Positions 20,320 to 30,344 of a DNA stretch of 64,000 nt are shown piece after piece. Within the stretch, counting starts at the first letter, position 1. The number at the start of each line of letters is the position of its first letter. The stretch comes from Acidobacteriota bacterium (lineage in GTDB: Bacteria > Acidobacteriota > UBA890 > WLXD01). The notes under the pieces were generated by a model that ran no database searches, was not told the origin of the DNA, and saw nothing but the letters and a program-made list of their open reading frames with translations. A program made the position numbers and the translations under genes. Location of the stretch: NCBI GenBank assembly GCA_963666055.2, contig CAXWPH010000015.1, positions 672,001-736,000 of the forward strand, written 5' to 3'.

Positions 20320-21479
20320 CAGGAAATCATCACGGTGCGTGCGAATTGAGCGTTGTTCTCCCAGCTCGTTCGTTTTTCGGCCAGGTCCTCCAGCACTGGT
20401 TGCATCGTGCCGTTAGCGTCGGTGGCTCGCGAAACGATGGTGTGCTCACCAGGCGCTGCCCCTTCCCAACGATGAGAGAAGAGCTTCCACGAGTACTTCG
20501 TGTTTCGCGGATCGAGCGTCGCCCGCTCCCACGGCCCGTCGTCGATCCGCACCTCGACCGAGCGTAGTGGCGTGCCGTCGGTCAGCGCGAACCCGTGGAT
20601 GGTGTGCTGGTCGCCAGCACGGGTCACCCGAGCGATGGCCGACTTGAGCCGGATGCGCGTGATCGAAGTTTCCGTGTGCTTGAGGCTGCCACCTACCTGC
20701 TCGGCCGTCAGGGTGACGTACTCGCGGGCCATGAACTTGCCCATGAAACGGCTCTCTTGCACGTGGATCTGATTCAGCCACTTGACCTGCGCGACCCCGT
20801 ACCAGCCTGGGACGATCAGTCGTAGGGGCGCCCCCTGGTTCAGGCTCAGGGGCTCGCCATTGAGCTCGTACGCCAACATGGTGTCGTCGCGCATGGCGTC
20901 TTCGAGCGACAGGCTGCGGGCGAACTGTTGGTCGACCAGCCACGAGTTGCCGCGACTCTCGATGGTCTCGGTACCCTCGTCGGCGCCGAAGAACACCACC
21001 TCTTTGCCTAGGGGCTCCACGCCGATTTCCTGCAGCAGCGCCCGCAGGCTGGTGCCACCCCAGAGGCCGTTGCTCACCAGCCCGTTGAAGCGACGACGGC
21101 TATTGCCGGAGCACTCGAACGCGCAGGCCAGCTCGGTGCGCGGCCGGCGGCGAATTTCCGCCACGGAGAGTAGCTGCGGCCGTGATACCAGACCGCTGAC
21201 CTCAAGCGCGTGCGTCGCCGGGTCGATCTGCGGCTGGCCGTAGTGCTGGATGGTGAAGAATTCATCGGCGGGAGTGAAAAAATCGTTGATCTCGCGGATG
21301 TCGACAAAGCGAACGATCGGCGTCGGGTCGGTCTCGAACCCGTCGGGCATGTCGGTGAAAGCGACCAGCTCCTCTTGCGATATCGCCGCGAGCGCCCAAT
21401 CAGGCACACCGACTACGATCGAGCCCGCCACCAGCGCCCCCGCCTTGGCCGCCTCACGGCGCGTCATGTCCCTGGACAT
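20319..21479 (-). CDS. Sulfite oxidase-family molybdoenzyme with Tat signal
   Basis: TRREAA, FECSGN Mo-ligand Cys, FFGAD, LAYELNGEPL, PLRLIVPGWYG, VKWL, Mo-co dimerisation domain; RBS GGAGG before ATG 21479. Confidence 0.9.
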   Translation of the reverse strand: MSRDMTRREAAKAGALVAGSIVVGVPDWALAAISQEELVAFTDMPDGFETDPTPIVRFVDIREINDFFTPADEFFTIQHYGQPQIDPATHALEVSGLVSRPQLLSVAEIRRRPRTELACAFECSGNSRRRFNGLVSNGLWGGTSLRALLQEIGVEPLGKEVVFFGADEGTETIESRGNSWLVDQQFARSLSLEDAMRDDTMLAYELNGEPLSLNQGAPLRLIVPGWYGVAQVKWLNQIHVQESRFMGKFMAREYVTLTAEQVGGSLKHTETSITRIRLKSAIARVTRAGDQHTIHGFALTDGTPLRSVEVRIDDGPWERATLDPRNTKYSWKLFSHRWEGAAPGEHTIVSRATDANGTMQPVLEDLAEKRTSWENNAQFARTVMIS

Positions 21480-23035
21480 CACTGTCCTCCCTGAGTTATT
21501 CGACGAATCGGCATTCCCGGCCGACTTTCCGTGGTCTCTCCGTTCTCGTAGACGATCTCGCCGTTTACCCACACCGTGTGGATTCCAACCGACGTCAGAT
21601 GCGGCTCCAGAACCGTCGAGCGATCGATGACGGTCTCCGGGTCGAACAACACCAGATCGGCGTAGGCGCCCGGCTCGATCGTGCCGCGTTCGAAGATCCC
21701 CACGTGAGCAGCCGGCAGAGCCGTGATCCTGTGGACGCCTTCCTCGAGGCTCATGACCCCTCGGTCGCGCACGTAGTGACCCAGAAACCTTGTGAACGTT
21801 CCGTAGCCCCGCGGATGAGCGCCTGCCAGCCCCCCATCGCTGGAGATCACGGTCAGTGGCCACGCCATGATCGACTCGATGTCGGGCTCGTTCATGGCGA
21901 ACCCGAGCATCGACGAGCGCGCCGAGTCGCCGCCCTGCTCGGCGAACTCGACATCGGCCTTGAGCAGGCTCATCAGGGTGGTTGTCGCGTCGACGCCACG
22001 CTGCTCGGCAACCTCGGCCACCGTCAACCCGTTGTATTCCGGCTGCGCCGGGTAGTTCGCCAGCAGCACGCCCTCCGGCGACAGCATCTCCTGGAGCACG
22101 TACTCGGCTCCGTCACGACGATCGGGATCGCGGTCTGGAAACAGCGTCAGCAGCCAGCGGAAACCGGTTTGCCAGGCGGCGTAGGGGTAGATGTCCACAG
22201 TGATGTCGACGCCCGAGGCACGCGCCTCGTCGAGGACGCCGATCAGCCGGTCCGACTGTCCCCACCAGCGCGGCATGGCCAGCTTGATATGCGACACCTG
22301 CACCGGCACACCGGCCTCGCGCCCGATGTTGATGATCTCGTCGAGCGCCTCCCAGAAATACTGGTCCTCGCTGCGGAAGTGGCTGATGTAGCGCCCACCG
22401 TATTCGGCCGCCACCTTGGCCAGCGCCACCATCTCCTCGGGTGTCGAGAAGCTGCCGGGGTCATACTCGAGTCCGGACCCGAGCCCCAGCGCCCCGGCTT
22501 CCATCTCGGTGCGCAGCAGCGCCCCCATCTGCTGCAGCTCGACATCCGTCGATGGGCGCTGGTAGTCCTCGCCCATGACCATGCGCCGGATCGTACCGTG
22601 GCCTGCATACGAGGCGACGTTGATCGCCGCTGGCGTCTCCTCGAGCCGGTCGAAAAACTCGGCCAGCGGGTGCCGCTGCCCGCCATCCTGCCCAGCGACG
22701 ATCGTCGTCGCACCCTGGCTGACGACAGCGCGCGCGTCGGGCATCTCTCCGAGCAGCCCACGGTCGTGGTGGCTATGCGTGTCGATGAAGCCGGGAGCCA
22801 GAACCAGGCCGGCGGCGTCGACAACAGTGTCCTCGTCGCGCGGCCTCAAACCCCCTGTCGCCGTGATCCTCTGGCCCTCGATGCGCACGTCGATCTGCTG
22901 CGACGGCCCACCGGTGCCGTCGACAACCCGGGCGTTGACGATGAAGGTTCGACCACTGGCTGGCGGGGCTGAGTCACATCCGATCCCCAGAGCCATCAAT
23001 GCGACGGGTACGATCGCGGGCAAAAAGCGTCTCAT
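21479..23035 (-). CDS. N-acyl-D-amino-acid deacylase family lipoprotein
   Basis: APGFIDTHSH, GQDG, SHFRSE, SHIK, SSDG, HPRGYGTF, ADLVLFDP; lipobox GIGC; RBS AGGAG before ATG 23035. Confidence 0.9.
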   Translation of the reverse strand: MRRFLPAIVPVALMALGIGCDSAPPASGRTFIVNARVVDGTGGPSQQIDVRIEGQRITATGGLRPRDEDTVVDAAGLVLAPGFIDTHSHHDRGLLGEMPDARAVVSQGATTIVAGQDGGQRHPLAEFFDRLEETPAAINVASYAGHGTIRRMVMGEDYQRPSTDVELQQMGALLRTEMEAGALGLGSGLEYDPGSFSTPEEMVALAKVAAEYGGRYISHFRSEDQYFWEALDEIINIGREAGVPVQVSHIKLAMPRWWGQSDRLIGVLDEARASGVDITVDIYPYAAWQTGFRWLLTLFPDRDPDRRDGAEYVLQEMLSPEGVLLANYPAQPEYNGLTVAEVAEQRGVDATTTLMSLLKADVEFAEQGGDSARSSMLGFAMNEPDIESIMAWPLTVISSDGGLAGAHPRGYGTFTRFLGHYVRDRGVMSLEEGVHRITALPAAHVGIFERGTIEPGAYADLVLFDPETVIDRSTVLEPHLTSVGIHTVWVNGEIVYENGETTESRPGMPIRRITQGGQ

Positions 23036-23112
23036 CCGATCTCCTTTCATGCGCGGCGCACGCGTCGCCGGTGCGTGGCGAGAAAAACACGACGCCGTAG
23101 CCTCGACGGTGG

Positions 23113-25218
23113 TCATTTCTCGATCGCGCCGATGTCGCATCCTGCGCCGTTGATGCCATCGCCATCCCGGGGCCGCTCGGTCCCGTTCTGGTCGTGGTCG
23201 GTGCAAACTCCGTCGTCCCCCCCGTCGATGACCGGAGAGCCAGCCGTAGGCTGCAGTGCCAACGGCACGACAGTCGCTTCTCGAGGTTCCTCAGGCGCCG
23301 ACTCTCCGGATCCTGGTTCCTCGAATATCGAGTCGTCGACTGGAGGCCTTTCGATGTCCATCACCTCAGCGACTCCCAGTGCTTCGAGGAGTGGGTCGAG
23401 GGAGAAATCCGAGCTGCAGGAAGCGTCGCTGTCCAAGTTGCGGCCGCTCACCGTCAAGGTACCTCGAACCTCGCAGTCGCCGACCGTTGTTCCGGAGTCG
23501 TAGATAATCGTGTTCGACAACCCGACCACGGTTCCGGAATCTACGAACAGGCCGCTGGCTAGTATCCCGGCCTTGTTGCCGTACAGGGTGGTGTTGCGAA
23601 GAGACGCATCGCCGGAGCGGCGCATGTAGACGCCACCGCCGATCTGATCGGCGCCGTTCAAGGCGAACGTAGAGTTCTCGATTACCACCGAGGCATCGCT
23701 GAGCAGCATTGCCCCGCCCTCTCTATCGGCGTAGTTGCCCGAGAAAGCACTGCGCTTGATGGTGCTGCTACCGCCGCTGAGATACGCTCCACCGCCCTGC
23801 AAGGCGGTGTTGAGAATCACCGTTGACCGATAAACCTGGACGAGCGCGGCCTCGATGATACGAATCCCGCCGCCGGCCATCCGAGCGTGATTGTCCTTCA
23901 CCGTCGAATCTTCGAGAGTGAGGCTGGCAGGCTGAACGTTGGCGAACAGTGCTCCTCCCGAGTGTCCCGCCTTGTTGCCCTCAAACCATCCGGCGGTCGC
24001 GAGCAGCGATCCCCCCTGCATCATGAGCGCCCCGCCATTGCCATTGGTGGTCTCGCCAGCGACGTTTCCGAGCAAGCTAGACCCCGCCAGCGTCAGGTCG
24101 CATCGATCGGCATAAATCCCGCCGCCACCTGCTGCTCGATTGGTCCTGATCTCGCCGTCGTTAATCGTTAGCTCTCGGCCGAAACAGGCAATCGCGCCAC
24201 CGTAGTCGTCCGCCCGGTTCGATTCGAATGTTGCGCCATCAACGAACGCCGGGGCGCCGCCCCTGATGAAGGCGACCGCGCCACCGTGCCCCCCCGCCCG
24301 GTTGGCGACGAAGCTGCCTCCGGTGATGCCGTCGGCGATCCCGGACGTACTAACGGCCCCTCCGGAGCCGTGCGCCACGTTCCTGGTGAAGTCGGTGTCC
24401 TGCAACGTCAAGCTCCCCTCGTTGCCACTGACGATCGCGCCACCAGCGCCGGCCGCGGCACGGTTGGAGCGGAAGATCGACGAGATCGCGGAGAACCGAG
24501 CAGCTCCGGCGTTGTAAACAGCACCGCCGCTCCGCGCAGCGAAGCAGTCGACGACCAGGACATTGTCCAGGCTCGTGCGGCCGGAATTGTAAATGCAGCC
24601 ACCGCGCGGATTCGGATCCGGCACCACGATCTTCTCCTCGGAGGGCTCCGGCAACTCGTTGCTGCTCGGTTCGTCTGCTGCCCCGGTGATCTCGTCGCCC
24701 GCACGCGGTTCATCCACGGTCTCGCTGACCTCGCCGCCGGCACTTGGCTCATCCACGGTGTCGTCGATCTCGCCGCCGGCACTTGGCTCATCCACGGTGT
24801 CGCCGATCTCGCCGCCAGCACTTGGCTCATCCACGGTGTCGCCGATCTCGCCGCCGCCACTTGGCTCATCCACGGTGTCGCCGATCTCACCGCCGCTACC
24901 CCGCAGCGTTACACGCGACAGGTGCAAGTCACCCTCGGAGTGCACCGTGATCACCGGACCGCCGTTCGCCGTGATCACGGCGGCGAGCGGATTGGCAGTC
25001 TCGGACGCCCCGGTGATGCTGACTGCGCGGTCGACGGTGAGCCGCTCACTGTAGGTGCCCGCACCCAAGGCGATCCGCGTGCAGCCACCGCCAATCGCCT
25101 CAGCGATGCTGTCGCCGTCGACCAACGCGCACGACTGCGAAGCCGCCTCGCCCGGCACGACGCCACCCAGCCCGCCGAGCAGGCACGCAGACATCGCCAA
25201 ACGGAAGAATCCGCGCAT
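23113..25218 (-). CDS. Secreted right-handed beta-helix (Pmp-like GGA[IVL] repeats) protein with choice-of-anchor-Q-like C-terminus
   Basis: Many F-x-x-N-x-A...GGA(I/V/L) repeats; C-terminal GSPVIDGG...DQNGTERP...CDIGAIE; RBS GAGGAG before ATG 25218. Confidence 0.82.
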   Translation of the reverse strand: MRGFFRLAMSACLLGGLGGVVPGEAASQSCALVDGDSIAEAIGGGCTRIALGAGTYSERLTVDRAVSITGASETANPLAAVITANGGPVITVHSEGDLHLSRVTLRGSGGEIGDTVDEPSGGGEIGDTVDEPSAGGEIGDTVDEPSAGGEIDDTVDEPSAGGEVSETVDEPRAGDEITGAADEPSSNELPEPSEEKIVVPDPNPRGGCIYNSGRTSLDNVLVVDCFAARSGGAVYNAGAARFSAISSIFRSNRAAAGAGGAIVSGNEGSLTLQDTDFTRNVAHGSGGAVSTSGIADGITGGSFVANRAGGHGGAVAFIRGGAPAFVDGATFESNRADDYGGAIACFGRELTINDGEIRTNRAAGGGGIYADRCDLTLAGSSLLGNVAGETTNGNGGALMMQGGSLLATAGWFEGNKAGHSGGALFANVQPASLTLEDSTVKDNHARMAGGGIRIIEAALVQVYRSTVILNTALQGGGAYLSGGSSTIKRSAFSGNYADREGGAMLLSDASVVIENSTFALNGADQIGGGVYMRRSGDASLRNTTLYGNKAGILASGLFVDSGTVVGLSNTIIYDSGTTVGDCEVRGTLTVSGRNLDSDASCSSDFSLDPLLEALGVAEVMDIERPPVDDSIFEEPGSGESAPEEPREATVVPLALQPTAGSPVIDGGDDGVCTDHDQNGTERPRDGDGINGAGCDIGAIEK
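24661..24894 (-). repeat. 39-bp coding tandem repeat, 6 units (GGEIGDTVDEPS[G/A])
   Basis: Four near-identical and two degenerate 13-aa units, visible in both DNA and protein. Confidence 0.95.
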
Positions 25219-25442
25219 CGTCTCCTCTTGGATCACCGGCGCTACGCGGCGTTCGTTCGGTGCCGGCGCCTCCTGCTCGGAGGGCACCGGTAGCGCGAGA
25301 AACCGCAGCGCTCCTGGCCCGGTGTCGAAATATACAGCGCTCATGGACCCAGTCAACGATTGCTCCTCCGGCAGGGCCCCTCGGGGCTCCGAATCGATAG
25401 AATCCAGACATCCGACCGAAACCCGATGCAAGGAGAGCTCCG

Positions 25443-27485
25443 ATGAAGGCACGATCGTTGATTCTGGCTGCGGCTCTGTTGTCATCGTCCGTGGGGATCG
25501 CGGCCGAGACACAGCAAGCGACCCCGGCCGAGCTGCGAGTACAACCCACCGAGCTGCGACTCGACGTAGGTGACACGGCGCAGATCCTCGCGACGGTGGT
25601 AGATGCCGAGGGCAATGCGGTGAGCGCACCGGTGGTCTACCTCTCGCTGTCACGCCGCGACCTGTGGGTCGGCCAGGACGGGCGCGTCGAGGCCAGAAGA
25701 CCGGGCGAGTTCAGCATCGTCGTACGGGTCCCGACCGAGCCCCAGGCCGCCAACTCGAGGGCCGATGCGATTCTGGAGGCGCGAGTTCGCGTCACCATAG
25801 CGCCGTCGGCGATCAGCGAGGTCACATTCGTCGACGCACCAACTCGCTTCTACGCCGATTCGGTCGTCCAACTGGACGTCCGCGCAGCCACCGCCGACGG
25901 TGCCTTCCGCAGCAACCCGGAGGCGCGTTACTCCACGGAAGACAGTGCCGTGGCCAGCGTCGATGACCGCGGTTATCTGAGGCTCTTGAGCGCCGGCCGA
26001 ACGCAAGTAGTTGCGCGCGTCGACGAGGTCAGCGCGGTGCTCCCCATCACCGTCGAGGCGAACCCCATTGCTTCGGTGACGCTCGACGCCAACATGACCG
26101 AAGCACGCACCGGTGACGTGATCCGATTTACGGCCACGCCGCGCGATGCACAGGGCGCCGCCGTACCCGGGGCACCGGTTCTCTACACGTTCCGGGCAGA
26201 TACCGTCGAGCAAGGTGCGGGCGAGCCGCCGTCGGGCATGATCGCCGACGACGGGCGGTTCGTGGCCGATCTTCCGGGCACATACAGCATCGTCGCAGTC
26301 TCCGGCGGCCAGTCAGCAGTGCGTACCGTGCACATCGAGCCGCGCGGCGCTCGCCGGGATATCGAGCTCGTCGGACAGGGTCCAGTGCGTGACCGGTTCG
26401 GCTCCGACCTGTGGGTCTGGGAGGCAACGGACGGCCGCGACTACGCGATCACTGGAACCTGGGGTGCCGAGGGTCACGCGTACTTCTGGGACGTCACCGA
26501 CCCGGCGAACATGAAGATCGTCGACGTCGTGCTCGTCGACGCGCGCACGGTCAACGACGTGAAGGTCTCCGAAGACGGCCGTATTGCCGTGATAAGTCGC
26601 GAGGGAGCATCGAACCGGCGCAACGGCCTGGTGATTCTGGACGTGTCGAACCCCTCCGAGGGGGTGCGCGTGCTGTCGCGCTATGACGACCAGCTCACCG
26701 GTGGGGTCCACAACGTCTTTATCTACGACAACCACGTGTACGCGCTATCGGCTGGACGCAGATACGACATCATCAACATCGAGGATCCAGGCAATCCACA
26801 TCGGGTCGGCAGCTTCGAGCTCGACACCCCGGGGCACGCCATCCACGACGTCTGGGTCGTGGACGGCGTGGCGTACTCATCGAACTGGGTCGACGGAGTG
26901 GTCGCAGTCGATGTCGGCGGCGGCGGCAAGGGCGGCTCGCCGCGCAACCCGGTGATGCTGGGGAGCTATACCTATCCGAGCGGCTGGAACCATGCCGCGG
27001 TCCCCTACCGCAGCAAATCGACCGGCAGGCGGTACGTGTTTGCGGGCGATGAGGCAGCGCGAGGCCGTCCTGGACGTCCGGAGTTCAGTGAGGGGACGCC
27101 CGGCTACGAGAACGAGCCCGAGCGCTTCAAGGGCTGGATCCACATCATCGAGTGGGACGACTGGGACAACCCGAAGGAGGTAGCCCGCTACGAGGTGCCG
27201 GAGGCGGGGACCCACAACATCTGGGTCGAGGACGACATTCTCTATGTCGGCTACTATGCGGGCGGTCTGCGCGTCGTGGACGTTTCCGGCGAGCTCATGG
27301 GCGACCTGTACCGCCAGGGGCGCGAGATCGCCTACTTCAAGTCGCTCGACCCGGAGGGCTTCGTGCCAAACGCTCCGCTAGTGTGGGGCGCTCAGCCGTA
27401 CAAGGGCAACATCTTTTTTGTCGACGGCCACTCTGGTCTCTGGGCCGTCCGACTTGTCGACTCCGGAACAGCATCCGACGAATAG
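25443..27485 (+). CDS. Secreted Ig-like (Big_2) + LVIVD-repeat beta-propeller protein, paralog 2
   Basis: Same architecture as 14791-16797, with long identical stretches (SDLWVWE, DGRDYAITGTWGA, REGASNRRNG, FELxTPGHAIHDVWV, SGELMGDLYRQGREIA). Confidence 0.82.
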   Translation: MKARSLILAAALLSSSVGIAAETQQATPAELRVQPTELRLDVGDTAQILATVVDAEGNAVSAPVVYLSLSRRDLWVGQDGRVEARRPGEFSIVVRVPTEPQAANSRADAILEARVRVTIAPSAISEVTFVDAPTRFYADSVVQLDVRAATADGAFRSNPEARYSTEDSAVASVDDRGYLRLLSAGRTQVVARVDEVSAVLPITVEANPIASVTLDANMTEARTGDVIRFTATPRDAQGAAVPGAPVLYTFRADTVEQGAGEPPSGMIADDGRFVADLPGTYSIVAVSGGQSAVRTVHIEPRGARRDIELVGQGPVRDRFGSDLWVWEATDGRDYAITGTWGAEGHAYFWDVTDPANMKIVDVVLVDARTVNDVKVSEDGRIAVISREGASNRRNGLVILDVSNPSEGVRVLSRYDDQLTGGVHNVFIYDNHVYALSAGRRYDIINIEDPGNPHRVGSFELDTPGHAIHDVWVVDGVAYSSNWVDGVVAVDVGGGGKGGSPRNPVMLGSYTYPSGWNHAAVPYRSKSTGRRYVFAGDEAARGRPGRPEFSEGTPGYENEPERFKGWIHIIEWDDWDNPKEVARYEVPEAGTHNIWVEDDILYVGYYAGGLRVVDVSGELMGDLYRQGREIAYFKSLDPEGFVPNAPLVWGAQPYKGNIFFVDGHSGLWAVRLVDSGTASDE

Positions 27486-27541
27486 CCTCACGCTGATCTG
27501 ATCGGCGTCCGGAACGCTCCCCAGTGCGGAACACCTGTGGG

Positions 27542-30223
27542 TCAGTGAGCCGGGCCGAAGAACACGGCGTTCAGGAACAACAGGTTCAGTCCATCGGTGT
27601 AGGCACGGAAGTTCGGCTCTTCGGCAAATGCGACCACGTGGCCGCTGCCGTGGGGTTGGTGCATCAGATAGGCGGTGTCGGCGAATGTGGCGGCGGAGTC
27701 AGGCCAAACGAAACCGCTCAGCACGAGATCATCCTCGCCAGAGTAGAGCGCGACGTTGGTGCCGTCGGTGATCTCGAGCGGGCGAAACACGTTACCGGTG
27801 TCGACCATCACGTTGGCGTCGCCGTCATAGCCTGCCGACAGCCAATGGTCGGGATCGAGCTGCACTCGGAAGATCGCCCCCGGTACACGGTACGGCAGTC
27901 GCGTCTCCTGCCCCTCGGTGCCTTCCGGCCGGCCGTCGCGTAGCTGGCGAGCGGTAGACAGCAGCCCGACGCCCTCGGTAGTGAGCCATGACGTGGCGTC
28001 GCGGAAGGTGATCAGGGTGCCGCCGGCACGCACCCAACGGCGGATGCGCTCGGCTCCCGATCGCCCTAGCGCCTCGTCGTAGCCGCCGCGCCGCGGATGG
28101 GGCAGCACCAACACGTTGAAGTCATCGAGCCCGTCAGCCACCAGTCGTCGCGTCGGGATGACCGTCACCGGATAGTCGTAGGACTGCTCGAGTAAATAGC
28201 GCGTCCACCCGGCTGACGAGGGATCGGTGGGTATGTCGTAGGCGATCGCCACCTTGATCGGCGGAATGAACCGCACGTCGGGGCTGCCAAAGTTGATGCC
28301 CTCTTCGACCCACGATGAATCGACAGCGTAGATCTGAGCACCGGTATCAGCCGCAACGCGCTCGAGCGTCGCGTGCAGAGTCTCGGGATTCTCCCTCACG
28401 TCGACGATCAGTGAGCCACGCGGAAAATGTACGCCGTCCGCCTGCATCGTCGCGTTGGCTGTCCGCACCCGTAGTCCCTCGCGCAACATGCGCGCCAACG
28501 CCCGAGCGGTGTCGTTGTGCCCCCATGGCAGCAGGTAGGCGAGCTGCGCGACGCCACCGTGCACACGGCCGATAGGAGCGGGAGGCTCGCTGAGCAGGAG
28601 AAACTCGCCTGTCGACGGCGTCTCCGCCTGGTAGGCGTCGAGATCGTGGATCAGGGGGAGCGACCAGGCGCTGATGTCGTAGATCTGATGATCGAGTCCG
28701 GCAGCGTAGCGACGCAATTGCTCGTCGACGAACGGCTGGTCCATCGGCAGATCCTCGACCATCAGCATTTTCACCAGGTGCTTGGTCGGCTGCGCTAGCG
28801 AGACGACGTACGTTCCGGCCTCGAACTGTTGCGCGCCGACGGGCCCGCCGTAATAGTCGCGCACCCGCTGGTTGGTGAACGGTGCTGTTGCCCGCCTCAC
28901 TTCGATACCCTGTGCCATGAGCAGCGCAGCCGTACGGTCGCGCCGACCAGGATCACGACCGGGCGGCAAGATGTACTCCTTGACGGTCTCCGCAGCACCC
29001 TCGGCAATAGCGTCGCGGCGGAATTCGTAGAAGCCTCGCAGCACCGCCTGACGATTCGTCGCCGTGGTCTCCGCCGTTGCCAGGGAGGCGGTGAAGTGAC
29101 GCTGCACGCTGTCACGGTAACGCCACACACTGTCGTCGTTCCGCTGCACGACCAAGCCCCCGACCCCGGCGACCTCGTAGGTCATGCCTATGGAGCCCTG
29201 TGCCAGCGGCCAGCCATCCCCATAGCCTGGATAGAACGAGTCGAACACCTGCCGGGTGTAGTAGGCGAATCCCATGCGATCGAACCAGCGGGCGTTGTTC
29301 TCACCGTACAGAGCGAGTCCATCGAGTTGTGCCGGAGTCCACTCCGGGTTAATGGGCGGCGCCGGCGGCGCGAAGTAGTACGACCCGTTCGTTCCCATCT
29401 CGTGCAGGTCCGGATGCACCTGCGGGAACCAATCGAGGAACGCCTTCGTGCGGCCGCGCGACTCGATCTGCGTCTGCGCGAACCAGTCGCGGTTGATATC
29501 GAACAGGTAGTGGCTGTACCGACCGCCCGGCCACGCCTGATCGCGCTCGTTGGCCAACGGGTGCGCATCAGGCGTTCGGCCGCGAGTCTGCCTATAGTGC
29601 TGAACCACGCGGGCGCGGCCGTCGGGGTTCTGCATCGCATCGATGATCACGATGCTGTTGTCGAGCACGGTACGCACCACCGGGTCATCGACCACTGCCA
29701 CCAGGTGGTAAGCAGTGAGCATCGCGGCGACGCTGCTCGAAATCTCGTCGCCATGCACGCCGTAGGCGAGCCAGGTGATCGAGGGCAGCGATGCAATCAG
29801 CTCCTCGGCAGCCGCATCACCGAGCGACCGCGGATCAGCCAGCTGCTGCATACCGGCCTGAACCTCATCCAGGCGAGCCATGTTCGCCTCGGAGGCCACG
29901 ACCATATAGTGCAAAGGGCGGCCCTCCCAACTGCTTCCGTACTGGACGAGCTTGGTGCGTGGTGAGGCCGTGTCGAGGGCGCGGAGATACTGGGTGACTT
30001 CCTCGGGCGAGGTAATGCGCTCGGCCCAGGCATGGCCGACGATCTCCTCGAGCGTCGGCACCGAAGGCTCATACTCGGCGCCCGGATAGAGCGGCAACGA
30101 AACGGCAGAGTCTCCGCTATCGGTGATCGGCGCGAGTTGCTGCCCGGTGGGCGACGCCAGCGCGGTTGCATGCAGCGCTGCGACCAGGAAGACCAACCCA
30201 TATCTGCGTGCTGCACGGTGCAT
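27542..30223 (-). CDS. Secreted M14 zinc carboxypeptidase with C-terminal GATase-like domain
   Basis: YGSSWEGRPL, VHGDE, QNPDGR, DINRDW, DLHEM, MTYE. Confidence 0.9.
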   Translation of the reverse strand: MHRAARRYGLVFLVAALHATALASPTGQQLAPITDSGDSAVSLPLYPGAEYEPSVPTLEEIVGHAWAERITSPEEVTQYLRALDTASPRTKLVQYGSSWEGRPLHYMVVASEANMARLDEVQAGMQQLADPRSLGDAAAEELIASLPSITWLAYGVHGDEISSSVAAMLTAYHLVAVVDDPVVRTVLDNSIVIIDAMQNPDGRARVVQHYRQTRGRTPDAHPLANERDQAWPGGRYSHYLFDINRDWFAQTQIESRGRTKAFLDWFPQVHPDLHEMGTNGSYYFAPPAPPINPEWTPAQLDGLALYGENNARWFDRMGFAYYTRQVFDSFYPGYGDGWPLAQGSIGMTYEVAGVGGLVVQRNDDSVWRYRDSVQRHFTASLATAETTATNRQAVLRGFYEFRRDAIAEGAAETVKEYILPPGRDPGRRDRTAALLMAQGIEVRRATAPFTNQRVRDYYGGPVGAQQFEAGTYVVSLAQPTKHLVKMLMVEDLPMDQPFVDEQLRRYAAGLDHQIYDISAWSLPLIHDLDAYQAETPSTGEFLLLSEPPAPIGRVHGGVAQLAYLLPWGHNDTARALARMLREGLRVRTANATMQADGVHFPRGSLIVDVRENPETLHATLERVAADTGAQIYAVDSSWVEEGINFGSPDVRFIPPIKVAIAYDIPTDPSSAGWTRYLLEQSYDYPVTVIPTRRLVADGLDDFNVLVLPHPRRGGYDEALGRSGAERIRRWVRAGGTLITFRDATSWLTTEGVGLLSTARQLRDGRPEGTEGQETRLPYRVPGAIFRVQLDPDHWLSAGYDGDANVMVDTGNVFRPLEITDGTNVALYSGEDDLVLSGFVWPDSAATFADTAYLMHQPHGSGHVVAFAEEPNFRAYTDGLNLLFLNAVFFGPAH

Positions 30224-30344
30224 GATGCCTCCGGAGTCGTCTCTCATGTTCGGGCTAGTATCTCGTTGCCCGGCGCCGCTTCTCAAGCAAGCGCGTGGTA
30301 ACAGTGGGCGCAGCTGGCTACCTGCATTCCTCCTGGAGGTATCG

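Noticed and set aside
24661-24894. Regular ~39-bp repeats as a possible CRISPR array
   Set aside because: Head-to-tail units with no unique spacers, in frame within a CDS, and no cas genes.
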